Assembly: GCF_018350175.1 (NCBI RefSeq)
Contig: NC_058385.1
Span: 82,398,001 to 82,462,000 of the forward strand
Length of the DNA stretch: 64,000 bases
Direction: 5' to 3'
Source: Felis catus
Lineage: Eukaryota
Made by a program: the position numbers and the translations under genes
The notes under the pieces: model-generated
What the model saw: only the letters and a program-made list of their open reading frames with translations
What the model was told of the DNA's origin: nothing
Database searches by the model: none
Shown here: positions 18,543-30,420 of the stretch, one piece after another
Layout of the letters: every line of letters begins with the position of its first letter
Position numbering within the stretch: position 1 is the stretch's first letter

Positions 18543-18929
18543 TTAGCACTGGGCCCCAGGGCAACTGTCCAAAGGCTAGACCGAGGTTTCCTGGGGCAAC
18601 TGGGACAGAATGAGAACCGCAGGGGAGGAGAGAGAGCCTGCTGGGGACCACCCGAGTCTCCCCCTCCCCGCCCCATTCCCTAGGAAGCCTTCTGCCTAGA
18701 AGCTCACAGGCCATAGACAAGGAAGAGGAGAGCCCATGTTTGCAGTCCGGTGCCCGGTGGCAGCCAGCTGCTCCAGGAGAGCCTCTGCCAGCCTAGTTCC
18801 TCCTAGGCAGGTGGCACTTCCGGCTCAGAACTGGACAAGCCTCGGGGCGCCACCACCCTCGAGAACCCTAGCCTAGGGGCTGGAAATCTGCTCGGGCCCC
18901 TACAGGACGGCTCTGACCCAGCTGCAGGG

Positions 18930-19760
18930 CCTGATGGCCAGCATCAACCGGAGGGGATACTGCCGCGACATCGGCTGCTCCCGACCGCGCCTACAGTCCA
19001 GCAGCAGGTCGGTGGGGAAACACCACCGCGGCCGGGACTCCTCCCACGCCCCGTTCCTCTCCCAGATCCCCGGGACACCTCCACGCCCTCGGAGTCCCCA
19101 CACCCCTCAGGGTTCTGCGGCTGTCACGGAACATCGAGGGCCGGAGCCGCAGCTCGCCACGCCGGGTCCCCGCCAGGATCCTCGGCGCCGCCGCGCGGCG
19201 TCTCACCTGTGCACTGCCCCACCTGCCCGTCGCCCGAAGAGCGGCTTCCGGCAGCGGATTGAGCGTCCAGACGCGTGCAGGGGCCAGGTGGAGGGGGCGG
19301 AACCGGGAGGGACCCGGCGGGCACTCCCGCGGCACTCTGGGAAATGCAGTCCCGGGGGCGCCCCGGGCACTGCCGGGAAGTGGAGTCCGGGAACGCGCAG
19401 CCGCCTGGGAAATGTAGTTCTCGGTGCTCCGCCTCCCCGAGGCCTCAGGGTACCGGACCGAGAGACCCCGTTTGCTCCGCCGGGGCGGGTGGGTGGTGGG
19501 AGAGCCGCGGAGGCCGCGTGTACGTGGAAACTCCGCAGCATCAGAAAGGGGGAGCGGCAGGCGCCCGGCCGCGGCTGCAGGACAGCGACCGGCCGCGGGC
19601 CGGCCTCGGGGGGTGAGGCGCGAGCTGCGGGGTCCGAAGGGCAGACCGCGGCCGGCGCGCTGGCCGGCGCCGTCCTTCGAGCGCCGCGGGGACCGGCGGG
19701 TCTCGGACCTCTGGGTATCGGTGTGAAAGGTCGCGTGGAGGCCCACGGGCCTTCTCTCTA
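18930..19760 (-). promoter_or_regulatory. GFUS CpG-island promoter and non-coding exon 1 (donor CAG|GTGAGA at 19207/19206); three ZNF143/THAP11-type motifs
   Basis: CpG rich; TGGGAAATGCAGT (19338), CGGGAAGTGGAGT (19374), TGGGAAATGTAGT (19406). The exon-2 acceptor at 18466 lies 11 nt before the ATG, so a 5' non-coding exon is required. Confidence 0.8.
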
Positions 19761-19884
19761 AATGCAGATATTTAACAGCAACCGACCTTGCTAACACCCT
19801 GGCAAACAGAATGTGCTGTGCCCTCCGACCTTAACAACATATTATTATGAAAATATATTCCACTTAAAAAACATCCATAAATTT

Positions 19885-20012
19885 GGGGGCGCTTGGGTGG
19901 CTCACTGGGTTAGGCTGGCTCAGGTCATGATCTTATGGTTCCCCGGTTGGAGGCCCACCTCCGGCTCTGCGCTGACAGCGGGGAACCTGCTCAGGATACT
20001 CGCGCGCGCGCT

Positions 20013-20057
<45 letters not shown>

Positions 20058-20395
20058 CTTCCCCTGCTCCTCTCTCTTTGTCTCTCCCCTGCACGTGCTT
20101 TTTTTTTCTGTCTCTCTCTCAAAATAAATAAACTTTAACAATAAACAAATTTTATATACCTAGAAGTCAAGAAACTATCAGAGACGGACGAATAATTAGC
20201 ACTGCTGATGGGGCGCCTGGGTGGCCCAGTCCCTTGAGCTTGGACCCCAGCTCAGGTCACCATCTCTAGGATCGCTCTGCTGTCAGCCTGTCAGTGCAGA
20301 GCCGGAAGCCCGTTTCAGATCCTCTGTCCCTCTTTCTCTCTGTCCCTCCCCCACTTGCGCTCTCCCAAAAATTAAAAAAAAAAAAAAAAAAATAC
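19885..20395 (+). mobile_element. Two tandem CanSINEs (~19885-20140 and ~20210-20395)
   Basis: GGGGCGC(C/T)TGGGTGGC heads, (CT)n tracts and poly-A tails. Confidence 0.85.
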
Positions 20396-20914
20396 CGCAC
20401 TTCCCACACCGCTGCATAGTCATCCTATATAATTTAGTTTTCTTGTCTGCATTTCACCAGTTACTAAGCCGGATGTTATAATCAAAATTTGTCACATAAT
20501 TTGTATTCTTTTGACCATAATGCCACATCAGACGGTCTTTCCTAAGTCTTTGTAGTTTTCTGGTTTTGTTTTTTTGTTTTTTAGTTTGCTTCGATTTGGA
20601 GAAACTGCTTTGCTGAGGCCGTAGCAGCTGGAATTGACAAGAAAAATCCATAAAGCAGTACTTAGATTCAGAAATGGACCGTGGATTTTTACAGATCACA
20701 TTCCCATACTCTAAGAGGGTTGCATATGGTAATGTATTGGTATTGCAGAAAATGCTAGCAAATGCTTTAATTCAGATTTAAAATCGTCCCCCGCTACGGA
20801 GTGTCATTTACTATCACAGCAGTGCAGTATTTCGTAAGCTCTTTCACATTTTCTAATGCTGGAATATTATAAAGAAGACAAAAAATAGCAAACGACATCC
20901 AATTTACAATTCTT

Positions 20915-21170
20915 TAAAAAAAATTAATGTTTATTCATCGTTGAGACACAGAGACAGAGTGTGAGCTGCCGGGGGTGGGGGTGGGGTGGGGGTGGGGGGG
21001 TGGGGGGGGTAGGGGGGTGGTTAGAGAGAGAAGGAAACGGAATCTGAAGCAGGCTCCAGGCTCTGAGCTGTCAGCACAGAGCCGATGCAGGGGCTTGAAC
21101 TCCTGAACCGTGAGATCGTGACCTGAGCTGAAATTGGACGCTCAACTGACTGAGCCTCCCAGGGCACCCC
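20915..21170 (-). mobile_element. CanSINE with expanded (GnT) tract and TSD ATTTACAA(T/C)TCTT
   Basis: Complete SINE body; duplicated flanks at ~20902 and ~21172. Confidence 0.85.
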
Positions 21171-21956
21171 TATTTACAACTCTTCTTGGTAGTATAGTTT
21201 CATCTGTAACAATCAGAAAATCATTTCTACTAAAATTACATTTGGGCTTATTTTTGTGAGAATGTTCTCCTTCGTGGTCATGCAAACATTTTTGTTTCTC
21301 GTTGTTTCCATCTCACATATTTATCGGAATGTAACTCTTGTGTGTTTCATGTTCTGTTTCTGTCAGTTTAGAAAAACACTTTCTCTAAAAGTGAACAATC
21401 CATTTTAAAATTCCGTTTGAAAGTGGTATTATCAACCTTAGCTCTCTTTAGGGTTCGGTCAGCTTTACAAATATCAGAAACAACCAGTAACAGTTCATAT
21501 CAAATCGCTGAGGCAGCACAAATTCAAAACTGATCTTCTTTTCTAGGAAAGACAGTCAGTTCTTGTGAGCACCCTTTGTGTGCCTTCTCTCTTAGAGCTT
21601 CCACATCTGTTCAACGCCAAACCTAATTCCTTTAGTGTTTAGCCCCAGATCCCGGGATGTGTCTTAGGCAGGGAGAGATTCAAGGTCAAAATCGATCCAT
21701 ATTTCATCTAGGTGTTCTATCTCTGGGCCAAATCAAAAAACACCCTGATTTTGAGTTATTTTAAGGAGCATTAACAGCACGACTGAGGCCACACCTCAAG
21801 CACAGATAAAACGATGCTCCACAGATGACACAGTAATACACCTAGTTTTCCAGCCTAAGTTCTGGCTGGTTCACCTTTTTCTCTACTAACCATTTTAGTT
21901 CCATTTTCTTAGGTTTGCCTTCAACAATCTTTTAAATCCGTGCATATGATTCAAGG

Positions 21957-22175
21957 TTTTTTATTTTTATTTTTAATTTTTTTAACATTTATTTTTGAGA
22001 AACAGAGAGAGAGCATGAGTGGGGGAAGAACAGAGAGAAAGGGAGACACAGAATCTGAAGCAGGCTCCAGGCTCTGAGCTGTCAGCACAGAGTCCAACGT
22101 GGGACTCAAACCCGTGAACCCTGAGATCAGGACCTGAGCCGAAGTCAGATGTTTGACTGAGCCCCAGGTGCCCCC
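21957..22175 (-). mobile_element. CanSINE
   Basis: Typical felid SINE body; TTCAAGGTTT duplicated at both flanks. Confidence 0.85.
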
Positions 22176-22324
22176 AAATTCAAGGTTTAAAAAAAAAAAA
22201 AAGCTTTTCACTTAAGTCAAAACCTGAGCCACTTCAAAATGAGTAAAATCAGTGAAATACTTATCAAGTTTTCATTTTCATTTTTGGAAGTTCATCATTA
22301 TAGATCATACACATTGGTTGTTGA

Positions 22325-22571
22325 GGTGTCTGGGTGGCTCAGTTGGTTAAGTGTCAGACTCTTGATTTCAGCTCAGGTCATGATCTTACAGTTTGTGAGT
22401 TCGAGTCCCGAGTTAGGCTCTCTGCTGACAGCATGGANNNNNNNNNNNNNNNNNNNNNNNNNNNNNNNNNNNNNNNNNNNNNNNNNNNNNNNNNNNNNNN
22501 NNNNNNNNNNNNNNNNNNNNNNNNNNNNNNNNNNNNNNNNNNNNNNNNNNNNNNNNNNNNNNNNNNNNNNN
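22325..22571 (+). mobile_element. CanSINE running into an assembly gap (N 22438-22571)
   Basis: SINE head, then N run. Confidence 0.75.
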
Positions 22572-23270
22572 TGGGTTGTACAGGGGAAGTTGAATGGTAG
22601 AGGCACTTAGGTAAGAAAAAACGTAAACTAGCGAGTCAGATCTTTCTTGCTTTCCTTCCTGTTCCAATCTGGGGTTTTAAGAGTACCCAGAAATTAATGC
22701 AGGATTTGCAATAGTGGCTGAGGAATATTTTGCAACTCATATTTCATATTCATATTGCATATTGCATATGCAACTCATATTTCAATTCATATTTCTCTTA
22801 AATCTACATATATGTACGCATAGATGAAACACGCATTTGACTTAAGGAAAGGACTGGGAACAAGCAAAATACGGTTTTAGGGATTGATTTAAAAAATTAC
22901 TGAGAGCAAGTAGATACCACTGGCACCGATATGGTTGGAGAAGACAAAAGTGAACAAGTCAGAAATTTTGGCCAAAAAAGCAGGAGCATTTTTTGTGCGA
23001 CATGTCATGTCACGGGGAGACCTGACTTTGTACTGATCATGATGACATTCTCTAGATCAAACACAGTATTTTCTGGATCTGCCCAAAGCTGAAACGTCTT
23101 GGAAAACCACATCACATTTGACCTTGTCATCAGCCTTGGACATGTGATAGGAGTGCTGACTATGGGCTTCACATATATTTAATTTAGATACTGGAAGGCT
23201 GAAGACCTAAGCAAGACAGCGGAAGGTTCCCAAAGAGCAAATCATGGTCCCAAGTGGCAAATAGAGTTAC

Positions 23271-23482
23271 TTTTTTTTTTACTTTTTTTTTTTTATGTTT
23301 ATTTCTGAGACAGAGCATGAGCGGGGGAGGGGCAGAGACAGAGGGAGACACAGAATCAGAAGCAGGCTCTAGGCTCTGAGCTGTCAGCACAGAGCCCAAC
23401 ACGGGGCTTGAACTCGGGAACGGTGAGATCATGGCCGAGGCTGAAGCCAGACGCCCGACCAACGGAGCCACCCAGGCACCCC
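23271..23482 (-). mobile_element. CanSINE
   Basis: Typical SINE body with poly-T on + strand. Confidence 0.85.
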
Positions 23483-24361
23483 AATCTCGTCCGTGTTTTA
23501 AGAGAGGCAGTCCTGTCTCCACTCAGGCATCTGTAAGAGGCCCTGTCCTCCAGGAAGCTTTCCTTGCCTTGCTGAGGGGGCCCAGGGGCACAGCCCCTTT
23601 TCGAACTTCTGATTGTTACAATTCCCTGTGAATCCTCCCCTCCCTGCATCTCACCCCTTGTGAATATCGTCCTTCCTCAACTTCCTTCAGATTTTCTTTT
23701 GCTTCCAAAACCTTGCTCTGGCTGGGCTATTATGATAGTCATCACAACCCAGACGTGGGCTTAGGGTCCGCCTTGCAATGCAGGGAGGGGGCAGCTGCCA
23801 GCCGCCAAGCAGAGGGTGGGTCTCTGAGGCAGCGTGACTCGTCCCCTTCCATGGCGTTTCTCATCTGCCACTAAGTTCTCATGGCAACAAGGGCTCTGCA
23901 GCCAGACTCCAGCATCAGAGAGCTAGTCTGGGGGGGGGGGGGGCAACAGGAATTAACTCCCGCAGGAGCCTGGTGAGCAGAGGCGGGTGGCCCTCCCACA
24001 GTGCTAACCCCCCAGGCATCCTCACAGTGCCCTTCCTGGGAGCCGGGCCTGTAAAAGAAGCCATGCAACCCCAGCAAGGTTTTGGATGGAATTGAGATTA
24101 AGCATATGCTGTTTCTTGGGCTGTGCTGGGTGAAGGTGGCATTTCTGGAGGCCTCATCCGGGACAGCCCTCACTGCCCCTGCAGACCCAGGAAAGGCTCT
24201 ACTCCCAGCCAGCCTCCCTCTCCTCTGCGGGGAGCCCAGTGTCCCACTGACCGGCCCTGCTTCACGGGTCCCTCAGGCCTGTGCTGAAGGTTGGGAGAGG
24301 TCTGGCTCTGCTCTGACCCCTTAGCTTCAACATCATCCTATTTCTAAGTCTCTTTGAATTC

Positions 24362-24853
24362 TTTTGAAGTCATCTCTACCCCCAACGTGGAGCTAGAACT
24401 CATGACCCTGAGATCGAGAGCCACATGCTCTATAGAGCAAGCCGGCCAGGCAGGCGCTCCCTAAATCTTTTTTGTTTGTTTGTTTTTAAGTTTATTTTGA
24501 GAGGGAGGGAGAGAGTTTCAGGCAGGCTCCTTGCTGTCAGCACAGCGCCCAGTGTAGGGGTTGAACCCACGAACTGTGAGATCATGCATGACCTGAGCCG
24601 AAATGAGGAGTCAGATGCTGAACTGACTGAGCCACACAGGCGCCCCCCCCCCCCCCGTGCCAAGTCTCAAATAGGGATGCGGGGGGGGGGGGTTCTGTGC
24701 AGTCCTCCTTTGCTGGCCAGCCGACAACCTGCATGGGGTGATTACATTGTGTGTAACCTCCTACGTATCATGAGGCCATCACTTCAAAGTTTACTCACAC
24801 ACCTCCACTCACTGTGGCTGCAACACTCATTTCTTTTCTTTTCTTTTCTTTTC

Positions 24854-24886
<33 letters not shown>

Positions 24887-25375
24887 GAGAGAGAGAGAGA
24901 GTGTGTGGGGGAGGGCAAAGGGAGAGAGAGAATTCCATGCGAGCTCCGTGCTCGGCGCAGACCAGGATGTGGGGCTTGATCTCATGACCACAAGGTCGTC
25001 ACCTGAGCTGAAATCAAGAGTCGGAAGCCCAACTGACTGAGCCCCCCCAAGCGCCCGTCGTGTCTTTTCAATACAATTACTCTCAAGACACTTTTCTCCG
25101 ACAGCACACTGTGTACAAGGGTGGGGTGTTCAACTCGCTTTATGGGGAAACTGGCTCACCATATGGAAAAGAATCAGATTCCAACATCTCATCATATTCA
25201 GAAATAAATTCCAGATGGCTGGAAGACCTAAGCATGGAAAGTAAAAGCGTTAAACCTCCCTGAGAAAAGGGGCATCCAGCCAGCTCAGTCAGTGGAGCCA
25301 GCGACTCTTGACCTTGGGTTGTAAGTTCGAGCCCCACGTGTGTGTAGAGTACTTAAAAATCTTAAAAAACAAAAA
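24362..25375. mobile_element. Cluster of four CanSINEs (~24362-24460 -, ~24467-24650 -, ~24830-25056 -, ~25269-25375 +) interleaved with L1 ORF2 fragments
   Basis: SINE cores recognisable; the intervening AAATAAATTCCAGATGG..AGACCTAA is L1 ORF2-like. Confidence 0.7.
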
Positions 25376-26226
25376 CCCTCTCTGAGAGGAACGGACAGTG
25401 AACATCACAAAGGAAAAGAGACCCCAGGGCACCAGGGTTAGTGAAGGGCACACAGAACTGTGGAGAAATAAAGGCAATATGTTTGCAGTACACGTAGCAG
25501 GCAAATGATTTGTATCCACCCTAAAAAGCTCCTAGTCGCAAGGAAAGAGACAAGCTCAGTGGAAAAGCGGGCCAAGGTCATTTTAGTCCGTTAACAAGAG
25601 GCTCAAATGGCCAATAAGCACGAAGGATTGGCCTGACTAGCAAATCAGTCGGTTCACTGAAGCAGCTGGAGGGGTGAGACCTGGGGGGAGGAGTGCAGGG
25701 GAGCATTGGGAGGATGGAGATGTTCTGTCTGGATCGTGGAGGTCACGTAGGAGGATACATTTGGCAGAGCTATTTATCACATGTATTCATTAAAAACAAA
25801 TGCATCTGCTGCTAAGTCAGGTCTCACTGAATTTGAGAACAAAAACCAGGATGCTGCTTTTCACCCCTTAGATCGGCCAATTTCAGGCCAGATAAGGGTT
25901 GGTGAAGCTGCAGGGAACGGAGTCTCCCACTGCGATAGACGGAGCGAAAGTTAGGACAGCCACTGAAAAGCCAGTGTGGCAACACGCTAACACTAAAATC
26001 TGCACATTTGGATCCCGTTTCTAGACCTGTCGCCTAGAGAAATCCTTGCTCAGACACGGAAATACCGTACGCGGATGTGCTCTCTTCCATCACTCGCAAC
26101 AGAGAAGAGTAGAAAACACACGGAACGTTCATCAATAAGGAGGGGTGGGGAGCAGTGTAGACACACGGCGGAATGCAGTGGGAGTGGGTGGACCAGACCC
26201 ACTGTGTGTGTTAACATGGGGTGATT

Positions 26227-26445
26227 AAAAAAATTTTTTTTTCAACGTTTATTTATTTTTGGGACAGAGAGAGATAGAGCATGAACGGGGGAGGGGCAGA
26301 GAGAGAGGGAGACACAGAATCGGAAACAGGCTCCAGGCTCTGAGCCATCAGCCCAGAGCCCGACGCGGGGCTCGAACTCACGGACCGCGAGATCGTGACC
26401 TGGCTGAAGTCGGACGCTTAACCGACTGCGCCACCCAGGCGCCCC
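26227..26445 (-). mobile_element. Young felid SINE (SINEC_Fc type) with perfect 14-bp TSD AACATGGGGTGATT
   Basis: Close to the felid consensus with CpGs intact; TSD at 26213-26226 and 26446-26459. Confidence 0.92.
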
Positions 26446-26679
26446 AACATGGGGTGATTTTAAAACAATGCCGAGTAAAAGCAGCCAACTGCACAATGAC
26501 TGGCACGCCTGTTCCGTGAGTGCTCAAAACGCACGCACATAGCGATACCAACAACTGTGCTCCTGCCGCGCCTGCCCACACTTTCCAGCGGCTCCCGGGA
26601 CTGGCAGGAGATATGCTCCTCGCTCCTGCGCGCTCCTAATGCTGTGCTCCATTCGCTACCAGGGGTCCTCTGCACCCCC

Positions 26680-27620
26680 TGCAGGCGGGGCAGGAGCGCC
26701 CGCGGCACCGCCGTGGCTTGGGTAGTTCCCGACCGGCCCGCCGCCGCCACGTGGCCCGGCCCGGCCGTTCGACACCGGCTCTTCCGGGGGCGAGTTGCGG
26801 GGGCCGATCCCGCGGGACCGTGTCCGGAGGCTACTTGTGCCCCCGCAGCACGAGCCACACAGCCAGGTAAGAGCGCGGCCCCGGCTGCTGCGGCTTCCGT
26901 CTCCACCGGTAAGGGCCTTGCGGCGCCGCGGCCGTCGGCTCTCACCACCGCCGGCTGCCCCGGAGCGGCCGCGAAGAGAGGCCCCGGGCTCCGCCCGCTG
27001 GAGGCGGGACCCGCGCTCCACCCGGCGCCGACGCCAGCGTTTACAGCTCGCCGGCAACGAAATCCCTCGCGCGCATCTACGCTCGGGAACGGGCGGCACC
27101 AGGGGTGCGGGAGCGCGGGGGCCGGACACCGGCCTCGTCTCGGCGGCGACGCGCGCGCACACGCGCCCGGGCGGAAGTGCGCACCAGCGAGAGTCCGTCA
27201 GCCCCGCTGCACCTAGAGCGGCCCCGGAAGTTCTCGGGGCTGGGCCTCGGCCAACTTCCGGCCGCGGCGTGCGGGCGGCGCTGCGGGCTTTGTCGGCGGG
27301 CGGTGCTTTTACCGCTGGTCGCCGGGTGAGTGGGTCGTGTCCGGCGGGGGACGGGCGCGGGGGCGGTGGGGCCCGCCAGGCCGGCAGGTGTCGTGGGCGC
27401 CGCGCTCGGCTCTGGGCGCGGCCCGCCCCGCGCGGGAGTCTCGGAGCCGGGGCTTCGGTGAGCCCGCCTCCGAGCAGCCGTCGCGGCCTCCCCCGCGCGG
27501 CTGCCGGGGCCGCACCTTCTCTCCCTGGGGGCCGTCATGGGAGCAGATATTCGGGTCCCAGGCCGTGGAGCCTCCAGCTTAAGCGCCTTGCGCCGCAGTG
27601 CTCAAGTCGGCTAGCTCCTC
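26680..27620 (+). promoter_or_regulatory. ZNF623 CpG-island promoter with non-coding exon 1 (donor GG|GTGAGT at 27325/27326; other donors at 26867 and ~26909)
   Basis: CpG island with a cluster of ETS motifs (CGGAAGT at ~27172 and ~27225; ACTTCCGG at ~27254). It is the nearest promoter upstream of the ZNF623 coding-exon acceptor. Confidence 0.75.
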
Positions 27621-29365
27621 CGGGGTGACCTGGGGGAGGAGGTGAGGGCTGCAGGTAGCGCTGCTCTTGCGCTCTCAGCCTGTCCCCTCTCTCTGGGGCC
27701 TCTGTGCTGGTGGGGGTGCAGAGCCAGCACCCCGTGCCCTGGCGGGGGTAGGGTGCAGAGGGAATTGGGCCTGAAGAATTCTCTGGCGTGGAGAAGTGGT
27801 TGGCTGCGCTGTTCTAGCTCTTTCCTAAGGGTTCCCATCCCTCTAGAAGTCTTTATCAATCCCAGTGGCTGGCTGCTGATGTCAGGAACGGTTTACCCTC
27901 GCCCCCTCCGTCCCCCCCTCAGAGACTGGTTACTTCATGGTGTCGAGCTCCTCGGCCGGGAGCACGCCTGAGGTTTCCCAGGAATGTTAGCGGGAGGCAG
28001 GCTTGGAACTCAGCAAGTTTGTGTGTAGAGGTTGTGCTCATAATCGCTCTTTGGCATGTCTTTTTTCCCGTGAGCCAGTCCCAGTGAATGATAGAGATAA
28101 GTGTCTCTTGCCCGCATGGGATCCGAGATCCTCATCTAACCTAGTCTTCAGGTGATAGCTTGCTCCCTGTCCACAGATATGCAACCTTTGACCCTGTTAG
28201 AGATGTAGTATTGTAACTGTGTTCACGACGCCAAGAACCACAGAATCTCTCTTAAGGGAGGCGTGGAGAAAAATTAGGGGGAGGGATTGCTCTGTTTTTT
28301 CACAAGCCTGCACACGCAGCCCCGGCCTCTCCTGAAGTGCTGGGGATGGATGGCTGACTCCTGGAAAGGTCTTGGGGGTGATGTGGAGACGGGACGGAGC
28401 TGAAAAGGCCCAGACAACAATCGTGAGCCACAGATGGAAGGGGCGGTGGGGGAAGCAGCTGACCCAGAGCGGGGCAGTGCCATCGAAGCGGTTCAGGGAG
28501 CCGTCAGGCATGTCCACTGCCGCCTCAGGTCGTGGAAGGTGACCGGCGTAAGGTCGCCGGACTTGTCAGGAGAGGAGAAGGCCGTCAGTGTCCTCGGGCA
28601 GAGCCCGGGGAGCAGGAACCAGAGGACCGTGGGGTGGGGAGGAGGGGACAGCAGCTAGTTTGGCCTGAAGCCAGTCACCTGCCTGGACCTCCTGGGTAGT
28701 TGTGAGGCGAACACGAGGAAACTAGAGACAAGACACCTTGCGGAGTGACCGGCACGTACCAGCTTCTCCGTTTCCTTCCTAATTACAGAGGTGCACGTTC
28801 TCCAGGAGCTGTGCTTCGTGTCTCAGTCAGCTGCCCCTTGCTCCCGTTATTACCAGTGGTGAAGCCCGGGCAGCGTAGTGCTTCCTTTCTTTAGGCTGTA
28901 AGCCGCAGACAGCGACTCTGGGAGCCTGTGAGCCCAGGGCCACGGTACCCTTGACCGGTGCCTGCCTCAGTGCCCCTCTCTTGCCACCCCAGGGCCGTTT
29001 GGGACTGCTCACAGGTTCCTGCTCCAGGTTAAGATCCCACTTCGTTTCCAACTCCAAGGATTTTCCCTTCTCTCTCAACGTCAAGTGTGTATTTACACGT
29101 GTTACATTTTACCCAGCAGATTCTATGTGTTCTAACAGAAGGGTGGGCCATGTTAGCTCAGTGTGTTGTGGGGTCAAAAGCATGCTGTATTTTGACTTCC
29201 TTTTGTTCATTTCACTCAGGTTTCTTTAAGTGAAAGTGTATCAGTGTAATTTTGCTTGAATTCACAGAGGAAAACAGCTAAGCAGAAACCGAAAGAAGGC
29301 GGATTTTCAGATAAATGTTTATTCAAAGCAAGGTTTAGCTCTCTGATGTTAAGAAAAAAATATGA

Positions 29366-29920
29366 GGGGCACCTGGGTGGCTCAGGTCATGATCTCACGG
29401 TTTGTGAGTTTGAGCCCCTTGTCAGGCTCTATGCTGACAGCTCAGAGCCTGCTTGGGATTATCTCTTTCCTTCCCTCTCTCTCTGCCCTCCCCCCTGGCA
29501 TGCACACGCGTGCTCGCACTCTCTTAAAAATAAACGTTAAAAAAATTCTGAAGACCATTAAAAATCACTTTTTTTTTAATGTTTATTTCTGAGACAGAGA
29601 CAGAGCATGAGTGGGGGAGGGGCAGAGAGAGAGGGAGACACAGAATCCGAAGCAGGCTCCAGGCTCGGAGCTGTCAGCACACAGCCTGATGCAGGGCTCG
29701 AACTCACAAACTGTGAGATAACCTGAGCCAAAGTCGGATGCTTAACCAACTGACGACCCAGGTGCCCCCCCCCCCGTTTTTTTTTTAATAAAAAAAATTT
29801 TTTTGAAACGTTTTTATTTTTGAGAGAGAGCTTGAGCGTGGGAGGGGCACAGAGAGAGGGAGGGACAGATCCGAAGTGGTTCCAGGCTCTCAGCTGTCAT
29901 CACAGGGTCCCAGGCAAGGC
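29366..29920. mobile_element. Three CanSINEs (+ ~29366-29545; - ~29570-29765; partial - ~29790-29920)
   Basis: SINE bodies; the first two are tail-to-tail inverted. Confidence 0.85.
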
Positions 29921-30184
29921 AAAAAACACATTTTTAAAGCTATTTTCTCGTAGACAGATGAAAGCGTGTTTGCAGGGAGTTCAACAGCCCTTTTAAGCAT
30001 AAAAATCAGAGGACGTTACTTTCAAGACAAACAAAACCCCAACATTTTACTGCCACCTTTGTTAATTAGGATAAGTAAGACTTAATCTATAAGCTTACTT
30101 CTGTAATACTCATTCCACGCGATCCAAGCAAAGCATCCCGTAACGGCGACAGATAACACTTGGGAAAAAAAACTTTTGCGTTAG

Positions 30185-30420
30185 GAACATGGGCGCTGGA
30201 GGAAGACGGATCGAGATTTGAACCTCAGTGCTGCCTCTTACTAGTTTGGTGACCTTGGGCAATGGACTTTCTCCCTTAGCCTCTGTTTCCTCATCTGTAA
30301 ACTAGAGTAAATACCCAGGGAACACCTGCCTCATAAGGCTTAGAGCAGCGCGTGAGACAGTGGGAGTCAGGTGCTCGGCACTGTGCCTGGTGGGGCTCGA
30401 GGGGCCCTAATGAATAGTGC
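30185..30420 (+). mobile_element. MIR
   Basis: Core GTGACCTTGGGCAA..GCCTCTGTTTCCTCATCTGTAAA..ACCTGCCTCATAAGG..GCACTGTGCCTGG. Confidence 0.8.

Larger units (their letters stand above)
20425..23200 (-). mobile_element. Decayed hAT (Tip100/Zaphod-like) DNA-transposon transposase coding region, interrupted by SINEs and a gap
   Basis: Minus-strand relics in the expected order: SYLSASTIQ (~22590-22620); DLKDC*RQT*ENGTKM..KGEPAR (21937-21860; cf. CRGQxYDNGANMxGxxxGVQAR); FLNLSTALWIFL/IPAATASA/SFSKSKQTK (20674-20580; cf. the hAT dimerisation motif). AT-rich island. Confidence 0.7.

Noticed and set aside
19885-19960. tRNA-like A/B box sequences in many SINE heads
   Set aside because: These are tRNA-derived CanSINE heads, not tRNA genes.
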